A DNA stretch of 64,000 nucleotides from Macrostomum lignano. Taxonomy: Eukaryota. Location: assembly GCA_002269645.1 (NCBI GenBank), contig NIVC01000801.1:1-64000 (forward strand), given 5' to 3'. Positions 43,727-56,600 of the stretch are shown here, in pieces (position 1 is the stretch's first letter; every line of letters starts with the position of its first letter). The notes under the pieces are model-generated. The model had not been told where the DNA came from. It saw only the letters and a list, made by a program, of their open reading frames with translations, and searched no databases. The translations under genes were made by a program, and so were the position numbers.

Positions 43727-43990
43727 TACTGTAATATCTACCTAATCTACTGTAATATCTACCTAATCTACTGTAATATCTACCTAATCTACTGTAATAT
43801 CTACCTAATCTACTGTAATATCTACCTAATCTACTGTAATATCTACCTAATCTACTGTAATATCTACCTAATCTACTGTAATATCTACCTAATCTACTGT
43901 AATATCTACCTAATCTACTGTAATATTTACCTAATCTACTGTAATACGAGTTTCTACCAAATCGACCGTAAACTTTACCTAATCTACTGC
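43727..43990. repeat. 21-bp repeat (CTACTGTAATATCTACCTAAT)
   Basis: Seen directly. Confidence 0.95.
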
Positions 43991-44433
43991 ACTTTTACTA
44001 CTAAAGCTCTCTAATAGGTTATTTGCACCACTAATCCGTGGTGACAGTACTTTACTTACATAAAACCCACGCCGATTGCTCATGCTAAATGGTCTCCAAT
44101 CAGTCACATCGAGCCGTTATAGCCGAGCCCCTTTATCAGTCACGAACGGCGAACTCAATCCACCTCCCCTAACAAAACTAAGCAAAGAAATCAAAATCCA
44201 ATGTTAATTTGCAGCAGATAGAACAAGCTTTATTCAAGCTTATCAAAACATATTACAGAGAGAAGTTTATCAGAAACCGGAGACGTGCAAAGTTCATAAT
44301 TTTTCACCAGATTGTCTCAACAGGTAGTGCAGCTCACTTTTGGCAAATTAGTGTATAATTACACTCGACAGCAGTTCAAAACAAGGAATATTAAATTTTG
44401 TCTTTTAGGTCAGATTTGGACAATGCCGTGCCG

Positions 44434-45333
44434 TTACTTTGAGTAGTATGAATTCACCAGCTCCTCCAGTGAGTTGCCCTGCTGGCCACCGCTAGGCAGC
44501 GCCGCAGGCGGCACGTAGCGCCTCTTCCAGGCGCTCTTGCGTTCCAGACTGTCAACCAGGCGTAAAAAGCGCGGATCTAACTGGGGTAGGCGGAGAGGAC
44601 TCGTGATTGGCTGGGCAGTTTGGTCGACTCTCATTGGCTGGGCGGCTAGATTTCTTCTCATTGGCCAGGAGGCTAGATCGTTTCTTATTGGCTGGGCGGC
44701 TAGGTCACCTCTCATTGGCTGAGCGGCTTGATCGCTTTTCATTGGCTGAGCGGCTTGATCGACTCTAATTGGCCGAGGCGAGTTTTTCTCTCGGTCTCTG
44801 ATTGGTCGAGATGTCATCGATGAGGACAAAGACGGAAATTTGCTATCGCCAGCCCTAAAGCTGCTGGAAAGCGAATCCAGACCGCCGCTTTCACCTCCGT
44901 TACTGCCTTCGGCGTCTGTAGCAGTTGTTTTCGTGAGCAGGTCGCTGCCGCCGCTGTCGCCCAGAGACACCGATCGTCTGATGCCTTCTCGCTCTCGCCG
45001 GAGCCGCTTCTGCTGCTGAGACAGGGCCGCAATTCGCCCTAGCAATGGTTGCTTAGCAACGCTGATCAGGCTATCCCCGTAGCCGGTGAGCAGGCAGTCC
45101 GGCAGGATGTCCAGCGACCTGCTGTACCCGAGTCGGTGCAGACTCTGAAGGTGCAAAGTCTGACGTATGGCGAACTGCTTCATCCAGGTGGTGTCGGAGG
45201 CCTCCTGGCTGAGCTGCTGCTGCTCCAGCTGGGCCAGCGACAGCCGCAGCCGCTGCTCCTCCTGGCTGTTGGGGCCGGAGATCACGGCTGGCACCCTGCT
45301 GACCAGCTGCGCCTTGCGCTGCTGCTGACTCAT
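44434..45333 (-). CDS. Uncharacterised protein, 299 aa, with 9-aa internal repeats and a C-terminal LPQLDPRFLRLVDSL motif
   Basis: Open GC-rich ORF preceded by an ACAGACAG|GCACCTGCC-ATG acceptor; N-terminal helical segment; (AAQPMRxDx)n repeats; no family confidently recognised. Confidence 0.65.
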   Translation of the reverse strand: MSQQQRKAQLVSRVPAVISGPNSQEEQRLRLSLAQLEQQQLSQEASDTTWMKQFAIRQTLHLQSLHRLGYSRSLDILPDCLLTGYGDSLISVAKQPLLGRIAALSQQQKRLRREREGIRRSVSLGDSGGSDLLTKTTATDAEGSNGGESGGLDSLSSSFRAGDSKFPSLSSSMTSRPIRDREKNSPRPIRVDQAAQPMKSDQAAQPMRGDLAAQPIRNDLASWPMRRNLAAQPMRVDQTAQPITSPLRLPQLDPRFLRLVDSLERKSAWKRRYVPPAALPSGGQQGNSLEELVNSYYSK

Positions 45334-45337
45334 GGCA

Positions 45338-45712
45338 GGTGCCTGTCTGTGTCAGGTGAGCCTGTCTGTGTCAGGTGTGCCTGTCTGTGTCAGGTGAGCC
45401 TCTCTGTGTCAGGTGCCTGTCTGTGTCAGGTGCCTGTCTGTGTCAGGTGTGCCTGTCTGTGTCAGGTGCCTGTCTGTGTCAGGTGCCTGTCTGTGTCAGG
45501 TGCCTGTCTGTGTCAGGTGTGCCTGTCTGTGTCAGGTGTGCCTGTCTGTGTCAGGTGTACCTGTCTGTGTCAGGTGCCTGTCTGTGTCAGGTGCCTGTCT
45601 GTGTCAGGTGCCTGTCTGTGTCAGGTGTTCTGTCTGTCTGAGGTGTGCCTGTCTGACTCAGGTGCGTGTTTATGTCAGGTGAGCCTGTCTGTGTCAGGTG
45701 ACTGTCTGTCTC
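45338..45712. repeat. 16-18-bp repeat (CTGTCTGTGTCAGGTGC) abutting the acceptor of the 45333 ORF
   Basis: Seen directly. Confidence 0.92.
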
Positions 45713-46272
45713 GGATACCTGTGTTCAGAAGGTCTTCAGGTACTTATCTTCAGGAGTCTGTCTCAATTGTCCGGCAGAGTTCGTCCCAACACACGGCTCA
45801 AATAAACTTTTGTCAAATTGTAAAAAGCAATTCTGCCTGTCCGACTGTCTCCTCTCTGACAGGTCGGGGTGGGTTGTGAGCCGCTTGGCCGTGATCCTGA
45901 CTTGGCTTATGAGAAAAAAATAACTCTTCCCGCGCCACTGGATCTGTTGCTATAGTGAATGGGGCGAGGCTGGGGGATGGGGGATGCTGCATTTGTAAGC
46001 GCCAATGAGAGAAAATGCCCGGATGCTGATTCGTGAGAGAGAAGTACTGATGAAGAGAAGGAAGATTCTGGGAGGGGCCAGGTGGGGCTGATGAGGGACA
46101 GCCTCGCGGGGCTTTGGGGTGGGATTTGACTAGGAAAAATTCCTCACTGAACTCTCAGAACCTGCGGTTTATTAAAGAAGTGACAGGCTCAGCCCAGGGC
46201 TCATTGGGAATCGCATTTGATGGGGCAGTGAGAGTTGTCAGCTCGCGATAGCTGACGGATGGCAGATCAGGT

Positions 46273-46625
46273 AGCAGGTACAACAGGTGTAGACAGCAGG
46301 TACAACAGGTGTAGACAGCAGGTACAACAGGTGTAGACAGCAGGTACAACAGGTGTAGACAGCAGGTACAACAGGTGTAGACAGCAGGTACAACAGGTGT
46401 AGACAGCAGGTACAACAGGTGTAGACAGCAGATACAACAGGTGTAGACAGCAGGTACAACAGGTGTAGACAGCAGGTACAACAAGTGTAGATAGCAGGTA
46501 CAACAGGTGTAGAAAGAAAGTAAAACAGGTGTAGACAGCATGTACAACAGGTGTAGAAAGAAAGTACAACAGGTGTAGACAGCAGGTGCAACAGGTGTAG
46601 AAAGAAAGTACAACAGGTGTAGACA
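46273..46625. repeat. 22-bp repeat (AGGTACAACAGGTGTAGACAGC)
   Basis: Period read from 46276 to 46298. Confidence 0.95.
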
Positions 46626-47057
46626 GCAGCTGTTGCATTGCACAGCAAGTGTAAAAAGCAATCAGCAAAAGAAGAAGCCAACTCCTGTCGTCGTGGCAAC
46701 CAGCAATACTTGATGAATGCTGAGGTTGGTTTATTTAAAAAAAGCGACACCGCCAGCTCATGAATATTGACAGACAAAACAGCGCTGGAGTTGCTGGCAG
46801 ACTGACTCAAGCAGCGGCAGGTGCGCAGCTGAATACTCAGCATTTGCCCTCACGCAATCAAACTCTGCTCAAAGCCAAGCCAAGCATTTTGGAGAGTTTG
46901 GAGACTACAGAATTTGCAGTTGGGAATTAAAGTGATTGGGTATTATCATGCAGACCGGCACATTGAGGGCAATTTATATTATTGTAACATCGATTAGTGC
47001 ATCGAGGTTGTATCAGTGTACATCGGTCCGTACGTAGAAAGTGCATTATAGTTCACA

Positions 47058-47061
<4 letters not shown>

Positions 47062-47092
<31 letters not shown>

Positions 47093-47381
47093 CGATTTCA
47101 CTTGCAGATGTGCAACCGACAGCTCAGCCGCAGCTATTTGCGCGCCGCATCTGAAGGCTGCGTACGGCTGTTCAATCCAAGGACTGGGGGGTCGCCACAC
47201 ACACCCGCAATTACCCCAGCTAATGCTGGTACCCATTTTACAGCTGGGTGAACTGAAGCAATGCAGAGTTAAGTGTCTTGCTCAAGGACACAAATCGTTT
47301 CGAGAAAAAAATTGAGTCGAGAATCGAACCCCCGACCTTTCATTCGTGAGTCCGACGCTCTGACCACTGGGCTGCAACCCC
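47062..47381 (-). mobile_element. Apparently full-length tRNA-derived SINE, about 320 bp
   Basis: Minus strand: A-box-like GCAGCCCAGTGGTCAGAGCG, B-box GGTTCGATTC, conserved core GTGTCCTTGAGCAAGACACTTAAC..CAGTTCACCCAGCTGTAAAATGGGTACC, tail GCACATCTGCAAGTGAAATCG followed by (ATT)10. Confidence 0.85.
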
Positions 47382-47686
47382 TTTGGGACTAGAGTACCGG
47401 TACATGTACATCGAAAGTACATTTGTGTACATTGAAAGTACAGTAGAGTACATTGGTTGTGTACATAAGAGTTATAGTCTAGATGTACATCAACGTGATT
47501 ATAGGAAAAAAGTACATCACTCTGTACGACTAAAGTACACTTGAAGTGCATCGGTAGGAACTATGAATGTACATTTATAATATATTTTACGACAAAAAGA
47601 ACTTTCGAATGTACTAATGGACAATACGTACACAAAGACAAGTACATTGTGCACTAGTTATTGTTATTAAAAGTACCGCTTGTACT

Positions 47687-50600
47687 TTAAGCCGAAGCTT
47701 CCGCTTTCTCCATGGCGGCGGCGGCGGCTTCAAAGGGCAGCAGAAACCAGCGGCAGCTGTGCTCGTCCTGGCTGAAGCCGTACTCGATCAGCGGCTGGTA
47801 GCCGCCACCCCCGCCGGCTGGACGGTCGCTGAGCCGCTGGGAAATGGGAGTTTTGGGATTTTTGGGATTTTTGGGATTTTTGGGATTTTTGAGATATTTA
47901 GAATTTGTGGGATTTTTTGGAAGTTACTGATTTTTGGGAGCATTGGAAGTTTTGGGATCTTTTGGAGTATTGGGAGTTTTGGGATATTTGGGAGATTTAT
48001 AATTTTTGAGATTCATGGGGTTTTGAGATTTTTGGGATTTTAGGGACCTTTTGGGATTCACGGGAGTTTTGAGAACTTTGGGATCTATGGGACTCATGGG
48101 AGTTTTGGAATTCGGGGGATTTTCGGGAGCTCTGGGAGTTATGAAATTTCTGGGATTTTTAGGGATTTGTGATTTTGAGGATTGTTGGGAATGCATGGGA
48201 TTTTTTGGGATTTCAGGGACTTTTAAGAAGGCCTAGGATTTAATAGTTTTGAACGATTTTGCAGATTTTGAGACTCCAGCCTGGGATTTTAGCGATTCTC
48301 GGGATTATTTGGGTTAAATTTAAAATTTGAAAATTTTCCCATAAATTTTATATCATAAATTTGTGAATTTATTGACTTGAGAAGCCCCGCATCATCAACA
48401 GTTCTCAGACTCCCAACCTTCATGATCCGCTCCTCAGCCGACAGCAGGACAATCTCAGCTCGCCTCGCCATTGTCTGGAAGTTTTTTGTTCAGCAAAGAA
48501 TTCTAAATAAAAAATAAGTCGAATTGCAGATGGGATTGGATCAGAGAGGATCCCAGCTCGGTCTCACATCCAGCCCTTCCACAGTGGGGTGGTTCATGAA
48601 CTGCCTGCTGACATCCACCGCCTCGTTGAAAGCGAAGAAGCAGTCCTGAAGGCTGCACTGCCGAGTCACGAAGTCGCGGTGACGCCACGCGCCCGAGTCG
48701 GGCTCGAGCTCGTACTGACCGTGGGGGGGGGCAGTTGGGACAAACTGGAGTTCCTCAGCACTTTTGCTTATATTTCTACTATAAGTAGTAGGGTAGCTGA
48801 GGAGTTTTTTAATTACTCGTAATTTGGCTCAACCGTGTGGTGAAGTATTTTATTACGAGTATTTTGTCTATGGCCGAAATCTCAACTTCAGATTTGTTCA
48901 GCAACAGTTTGAGGCCTGTACTACGGACACCTACGGACACCTACGGACACCTACGGACACCTAAGGACACCTACGGACACCTACGGACACCTACGGACAC
49001 CTACGGACACCTACGGACACCTACGGACACCTACAGACACCTACGGACACCTACGGACACCTACGGACACATACGGACACCTACGGACACCTACGGACAC
49101 CTACAGACACCTACGGACACCTACGGACACCTACGGACACATACGGACACCTACGGACACCTACAGACACCTACGGACACCTACGGACACCTACAGACAC
49201 CTACGGACACCTACGGACACCTACGGACACCTACAGACACCTACGGACACCTACGGACACCTACGGACACCTACGGACACCTACGGACACATACGGACAA
49301 CTACGGGTACTCAGTTACCTCTGGCAGCAGCTTCCAGCCGTGCTTTGAGACCATCTCGAGCGCTTCGAAAATGTACGCGACCGTTTTATTGGGATAAAAG
49401 TAGGGCAGGTCTATGCAGACTGCGGCAGGTCTGGAGTGCACATGGGGGTGCACATTTTTACTGTCAGTCAGGTTCCTAGATGCAAAATTTTACTGTTACT
49501 TCTAGGAAACTAGGGCAAATAAGTGACTCACTCGAACAGCTCCCGAGCAGATACTCCGGAATGCCTGTTTCAAATCAGTTAGATTAGCAAATATTTACAC
49601 ATTTTAGTTCCTTGCTTGATATTACTTAGTAAGTAGATAAAGTAAGATATACTCGCTCTTTTTTATTTAATAAGCTAAAGTTTAGTCTCACCTCCGGCCC
49701 TCGTGATGGCCTAAGAAATACTCAAACTGCATTGCCAGACGTTGGTCTGAGTGGCGAATCAGATCCTGAAAGAATTACAGGGTTATCGCGTTGTCTTTAT
49801 TTTTTGTGTATAATTGGCATATTCTTACCCCTTTATGACCACCCCACCTCTCGCCCCCACCAAGCACAATGTACATGCCACTATTCAAGTAGCAGCCAAT
49901 AATCTATTTTTAGAAACAGCATCATAGACGTTTTTAGCTCGTAACTTTGCGTACATTTGTGCACCCTCTTCCTTTCTATACCTTACCCCTGCTGGAATGA
50001 CTCACCCAACCCCATAGCCGTGACAATAAAGGCGATGTACGAGCTACATCTAGCAGAGTTATTTTTAGAAACCGGAATTCCCCACTCTGACGCCCTGCTC
50101 CGGCCTAGCTCCAAAAGGTAAAGGGCCAACCAATTGCAGCCAACCTGAAGGCCACACCTGAAAGGAAATCTCCAGCACTCACAGCCAAGTGGCAGCTGCC
50201 CCGCAGAGGCCGCAGGCGGCACTGAACTCCGTAGAGGTCGCTGAGCAGCGCGGCCACGAAGCCGTGGTGCAGCAGGCGGCCGGCGAACTGCGCTGGACGT
50301 ACAAAGAAGGCGAAGATCGGCTGGCGGGCCTGGCGGCGGCTGCCCAGCAGCACGAGGCTCTTCATCGGCTGGAGCACCTCCCAGGCCCAGCTTTTGAAAT
50401 CGAGGTGTGGAAATTGTTTGTTTGTTTACTCCGATCCAATCTGATGCGGCTAGAAAATCCCGGGAGAAATCAGCACTGGAAACTGCTCAGGGGTATTGAA
50501 ATTGAGCTGACTCAGCCTGACTCAGGTCAGGTTTGATTTGGCAAACTGGGAGACTTTAATTTGGGATTGTGCGCCACTGACAGCCTTGATATTTAGCTCT

Positions 50601-53561
50601 GATTTATTGGGACTTCATTGAATTGGGTCTTCATAGTTGAGATTCGGGATTTCTAGACTTTTTATTTTTGGCCTCTCAAATGTGCGAGTCTGGGATTTTC
50701 ACGCTAGGGATTTAAAATTATGGACCTTTCTAAATTTTAATATTTGAGATTTACAGATTGAGATTCCCATAGTTGGGATTTCCAGATTGGGATTTCCAGA
50801 TTGGGATTTCCAGTTTTGGGATTCAAGAAGCGGGATTTCAAAGATTCGGGATTCCGGACCCTGCCCGCCTCACCGGACCAGCTCGCACTCGCGGTCGCGA
50901 ATCTCCTCCTCGCCGACGCTTCGCCACAGTTTGAAGGCGAGGCCGCAGCGAATCCGCCCAACCAGCCCGTCCATCTCACCGTCGCCATAGTCCGCGGCGG
51001 CCTCCTCCGCCGGCGCCGACACCAAGCATGATCCGCCGTCCCAGTCGCCGGCATCCTCCTCACCCTCATCCTCAGCTTCCGCCTCAGCCTCCAAGCCCTC
51101 AACGAATTCCCTGAGCCGCCGCCTGTCGGCCACCAGGAGGCCCGCGCTGCCCCCGCCACCCAGCAGGCGGTCCGGCGCCAGCAGCGCCGCGTCCAGGGCG
51201 CCAATCGACGCCAAGGCGCCAGCCGCTCCGGCGCCGGCCGAGGCCAAGTCCCACACCAGCAGGCCGCCGCGGGACCTGACGGCGCTCGCCAACGCAGCGG
51301 CGGCTGCCAGCGGCTCGGCGGCCCCCGTCACGTCGCAGGCGGCGCCGACCAGAGCAACGACCCGCCGACATCCGGCATCGTCGGCCAGGCGGTCAAGCGC
51401 CGACGTCGGCGAGTTCAGCGACGCTGCAGACAGCCGGGCGCTGGCGAAGACCAGGCGGCGCCAATGCCGCTGGGTTGCGTCGCTTGCATCGCCGACGCCT
51501 TCCGGGACGTCGCAGTCGTACGGGCCGACGAGAAGCCCGAGGCGCGGCTGCCGCTGCCGGCGCCTTCGCCCAGTCTGGTCGCAGCGGCGCCGTCGTTGCA
51601 GAGCCGCCGCCAGCCAGTCGGCCAGGCAGCGCGAAGCGTCGCCGACGCTCCAGCCGACGTGTTGGACGGCGAAGTCGGTGACGCCGAGCTGCAGCGCCTT
51701 GCGGATCTGCCGGTCGGCGTCTGCCAGGAAGCGGCCGGTCTGGCGGCTGGCGGTGCCACCTGCTGGCGCCGGCGCCGCAACAAACGGCAGCACGGAGGCC
51801 TGAAGGAAGTCCTCGATGCAGCGCAGGTGGCTGCGGGCGCCCGGAAGCGTGGAAAATCCGCCATCATTGAGAGCAAATTTTGGGATTTCAGAGGAAATTC
51901 CCTCAACAAATTTGAGGGCAGTCCCGCCTGGAGAATGAAAAAATTCCCTACTGAAGAATGCGAGAAATTCCCCTCTCAAGACTTTGAGAAGATCCCGTAA
52001 ATTCCTCTGAAGAATGTGAGAAATTCTCCTAAAGAATGTGAGAAATTCTCCTGAAGAATATGAGAAATTCTCCTAAAGAATGTGAGAAATTCTCCTGAAG
52101 AATTTGAGAAATTATTTTGAAGAATGTGGGAGTTTTATTTGAAGAATGAGAGAAATTCCCCCGAGGAATGTGGGAAATTCCCCTCACAAGATTTTGAGAA
52201 GTTCCCGAAATTTCCACTGAAGAATTTGAGTAATTCCCTTGAAGACTGTGAGTAATTTCGCTGAAGAATGATAGAAATTTCCCTCGAGGAATGTGCGAAA
52301 TTCCCCTGGAGAATGTGAGAAATTTCCCTTGAAGAATGTGAGAAATTTCCCTTGAAGAATGTGAGAAATTTCCCTTGAAGAATGTGAGAAATCTTCCTTG
52401 AAGAATGTGAGAAATTTCCCTTGAAGAATGTGAGAAATTTCCCTTGAAGAATTTGAATAATTCCCTGAAGAATGAGAGAAATTTCCCCAGAGGAATATGA
52501 GAAATTCCCCTGGAGAATGTGAGAAATTTCCCTTGAAGAATGTGAGAAATTTCCCCCGAGGAATATGAGAAATTTCCCTTGAAGAATGTGAGAAATTTCC
52601 CTTGAAGAATGTGAGAAATTTCCCTTGAAGAATGTGAGAAATTTCCCTTGAAGAATGTGAGAAATTTCCCTTGAAGAATGTGAGAAATTTCCCCCGAGGA
52701 ATATGAGAAATTTCCCTTGAAGAATGTGAGAAATTTCCCTTGAAGAATGTGAGAAATTTCCCCCGAGGAATATGAGAAATTTCCCTTGAAGAATGTGAGA
52801 AATTTCCCTTGAAGAATGTGAGAAATTTCCCCCGAGGAATATGAGAAATTTCCCTTGAAGAATGTGAGAAATTTCCCTTGAAGAATGTGAGAAACTACAT
52901 CATTGGAAATTCTCCATTGAAAGTGAGCTCCCTATAGAAAAATCTATCGGAAAAGATGGGACATCCCTCCTGAATAATGCGAGATGGTCTCTCCCTCTAA
53001 AAGCCTCCCTTTCTGATTGACGCGATTCCCAGAATCTCGGGAAGCACGCAGAGACCTGTGCAGTTCAAATCCAAATCCAGACTGCAATGGAAACAAAACA
53101 GGACAACCTGCTCAGAAGAGCAGCCCGGATCCCTGTGCGGACTTATCGAATGCATTTGCGAGCTCCCAAGCTCCGCCTCACTCCGAATCCACGGGCCCGA
53201 GGAGGTCTTTCAAATGACTTTAATTAACCGAGCTTCTGCCCCACCTCTGCGCTCTGCTCAGGTGACTCTCCCGTCCTGCCCTTCTTCCCGCGCTCTTGCC
53301 GCGCGACAGCCAGATCCCATGAGCTACTAAAGGCTGCTCCACCCAGGCTGTTTCATTAGAAATATCCCCTCAGGGACAGTTCGAGGTTGGGGGACGAGGG
53401 GAGTTTAGAAGGCGAGTTCGACCCCCCCCCCCGACTCGCAGAAGAGTCCTGTGCTCTATGTACTCTCGGCCTGGCTGTCTCTGTGTCTCTCAGCGCACCT
53501 GTCCATCGAGCAGGGGAATAATCAGGCTCAGCTGCAATTACATCTTTTTCCTATCTTGCAC

Positions 53562-53641
<80 letters not shown>

Positions 53642-56600
53642 GCCTCTCCGCTTTCTCGGGCTTCTTCTGCTCAGGACTTTTACTCGATATTAGTCTGTGT
53701 TTGTGCAGCTCTTTCAGCAGCAGCAAAGTTTGGACTACTCATTAATCCTGTTTGAGGATTAACTAAATCTCTGCCGATGCTGGTGGGAAGTTTAGGGATG
53801 GTTTTAGAGGGGGTCTAGGAGAGTCTATGGTAGCCTAGGGAGTGTAGAGAGCCTAGGGTAGTCTTGGGAAGTCTAGGAGTATCCTAAAGAGTTTAGTAGC
53901 GTATTCTAGGGGGATATAGCAGTGTGTAAGGATTGTGTAGGGTAGTCTAGGGTAGTCTAAGGTAGTCTAGATAGTCTAGAGTAGTCTAGAGTAGTCTAGG
54001 ATAGCCTAGAGTAGTCTAGGGTAGTCTAGGGTAGTCTGGGGTAGTCTAGGTTAGTCTAGGGTAGTCTAGGGTAGTCTAAGGTAGTCTGGGGTAGTCTAGG
54101 GTAGTCTAGGGTAGTCTAGGGTAGTCTAGGATAGTCTAGGGTAGTCTAGGGTAGTCTAGGGTAGTCTAGGGTAGTCTAGAGTAGTCTAGGGTAGTCTAGG
54201 GTAGTCTAAGGTAGTCTGGGGTAGTCTAGGGTAGTCTAGGGTAGTCTAGGGTAGTCTAGGGTAGTCTAGGGTAGTCTAGATAGTCTAGAGTAGTCTAGAG
54301 TAGTCTAGGATAGCCTAGAGTAGTCTAGGAAAGACTAGGATAGACTAGGGTAGAGTAGGATAGTCCAAGGGTAGTCTAGTGTAGTCTGGGATAGTCTAGG
54401 GTAGTCTAAGGTAGTCTGGGGTAGTCTAGGGTAGTCTAAGGTAGTCTGGGGTAGTCTAGGGTAGTCTAGGGTAGTCTAGGGTAGTCTAGGGTAGTCTAGA
54501 GTAGTCTAGGATAGCCTAGAGTAGTCTAGGAAAGACTAGGATAGACTAGGGTAGAGTAGGATAGTCCAAGGGTAGTCTAGGGTAGTCTGGGATAGTCTAG
54601 GGTATTCTAGAATAGTCTAAGGTAGTATCGAGTAGTCTAGAGTAGTCTAGGGTAGTCTAGGGTAGTCTTTTGAAACTCAATAGTAGACATTAGAGTTTTA
54701 GAATAGTCGATGAGCAAAGCTGGTTTGGCCAACTCACCGTCCAGTGGCTGAGAAGTCGCAGAAGATCACTGAAAGCAGAGAGCGCATTGCTCATTAATAA
54801 TATCGCGGATCAAACAAGACGATTAGCTAATGAAGTTAAAAAATTTTCACACCCTTTCTAAGGCCGTAGGGCCCAACAAAGCAGGCATCCGAGCCGATCA
54901 TGTTCCGGAACAGGTAGTCCATTTTGCACCTGGCCGAGCTCAGCGCCTCCGCCCTTCGCCAGTCGTCCGTCACGGACTGGAAGAGAAGGGGGGAGAGACT
55001 GGAGTGACAATAGATCAGTGACAGACAGATTGGAGTGACAATAGATTAGAGTTGCAGACAGATTGGAGTGACAACAGATCAGAGTGACAGACAGATTGGA
55101 ATGACACTTGATTGGAGTTACAATAGATCAGAGTGACAGACAGATTGGAGTGACGCTAGATCAGAGTGACAGACAGATAGGACTTGGAGTACAACAGATC
55201 AGAGTGACAGACAGATTGGAGAGACAATATATCAGAGTGACAGTCATTGGTGTGACAATACGTAGATCAGAGTAACAGATCGATTGGAGTGACACTTAAT
55301 TGGAGTGACAATAGATCAGAGTGACAGACAGATTGGAGAGACAATATATCAGAGTGACAGTCACTGGTGTGACAATAGATCAGAGTAACAGATCGATTGG
55401 AGTGACACTTAATTGGAGTGACAATAGATCAGAGTGACAGACAGATTGGAGAGACAATATATCAGAGTGACAGTCACTGGTGTGACAATAGATCAGAGTA
55501 ACAGATCGATTGGAGTGACACTTAATTGGAGTGACAATAGATCAGAGTGTCAGACAGATTGGAATGATAATAGATCAGAGTGACAGACAGATAGGACTTG
55601 GAGTACAACAGATCAGAGTGACAGACAGATTGGAGAGACAATATATCAGAGTGACCGTCATTGGTGTGACAATACGTAGATCAGAGTAACAGATCGATTG
55701 GAGTGACACTTAATTGGAGTGACAATAGATCAGAGTGACAGACAGATTGGAGAGACAATATATCAGAGTGACAGTCACTGGTGTGACAATAGATCAGAGT
55801 AACAGATCGATTGGAGTGACACTTAATTGGAGTGACAATAGATCAGAGTGACAGACAGATTGGAGAGACAATATATCAGAGTGACAGTCACTGGTGTGAC
55901 AATAGATCAGAGTAACAGATCGATTGGAGTGACACTTAATTGGAGTGACAATAGATCAGAGTGTCAGACAGATTGGAATGATAATAGATCAGAGTGACAG
56001 ACAGATTGGAATTACAATAGATCAGAGTGACAGACAGATTGGAGTGACAGACAGATTGGAGTAACAATAGATCAGAGTGACAGACAGATTGGAGTGACAG
56101 ACAGATTGGAGTGACAGACAGATTGGAGTGACAGACAGATTGGAGTGACAGACAGATTGGAGTAACAATAGATCAGAGTGACAGACAGATTGGAATTACA
56201 ATAGATCAGAGTGACAGACAGATTGGAGTGACAGACAGATTGGAGTAACAATAGATCAGAGTGACAGACAGATTGGAGTGACAGACAGATTGGAGTGACA
56301 GACAGATTGGAGTGACAGACAGATTGGAGTAACAATAGATCAGAGTGCAAGACAGATTGAAGTGACAACAAATCAGAGTGACAGACAGATTGGAGTGAGA
56401 CAAGATTTGAGTAATAGTTAATTGGAGTGACAGATTATTGGAGTGACAGATGACTGCAGTGACAAATGATTGGAGTGACAGATGATTGGAGTGACAGATG
56501 ATTGGAGTGACAAATGATTGGAGTGACAGATGATTGGAGTGACATTTGAGTGCAGTGACAAATGACTGGAGTGACATATGATTGGAGTGACATATGAGTG

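Noticed and set aside
43403-43730. Coding-like stretch ACAEIPRRKKRYTGIEMLDSP
   Set aside because: No convincing start, splice partners or recognisable family; left unannotated.
45049-45879. 276-aa plus-strand ORF
   Set aside because: Antisense of the 44434-45333 ORF plus repeat translation.
47318-47381. SINE head as a tRNA gene
   Set aside because: Anticodon and acceptor stems do not pair; it is attached to a dispersed repeat body.
50874-51830. Very GC-rich 957-bp exon as bacterial contamination or recent horizontal transfer
   Set aside because: It is joined in phase to nine other exons by canonical introns, and other host exons here are similarly GC-rich. An ancient transfer cannot be judged without a phylogeny.
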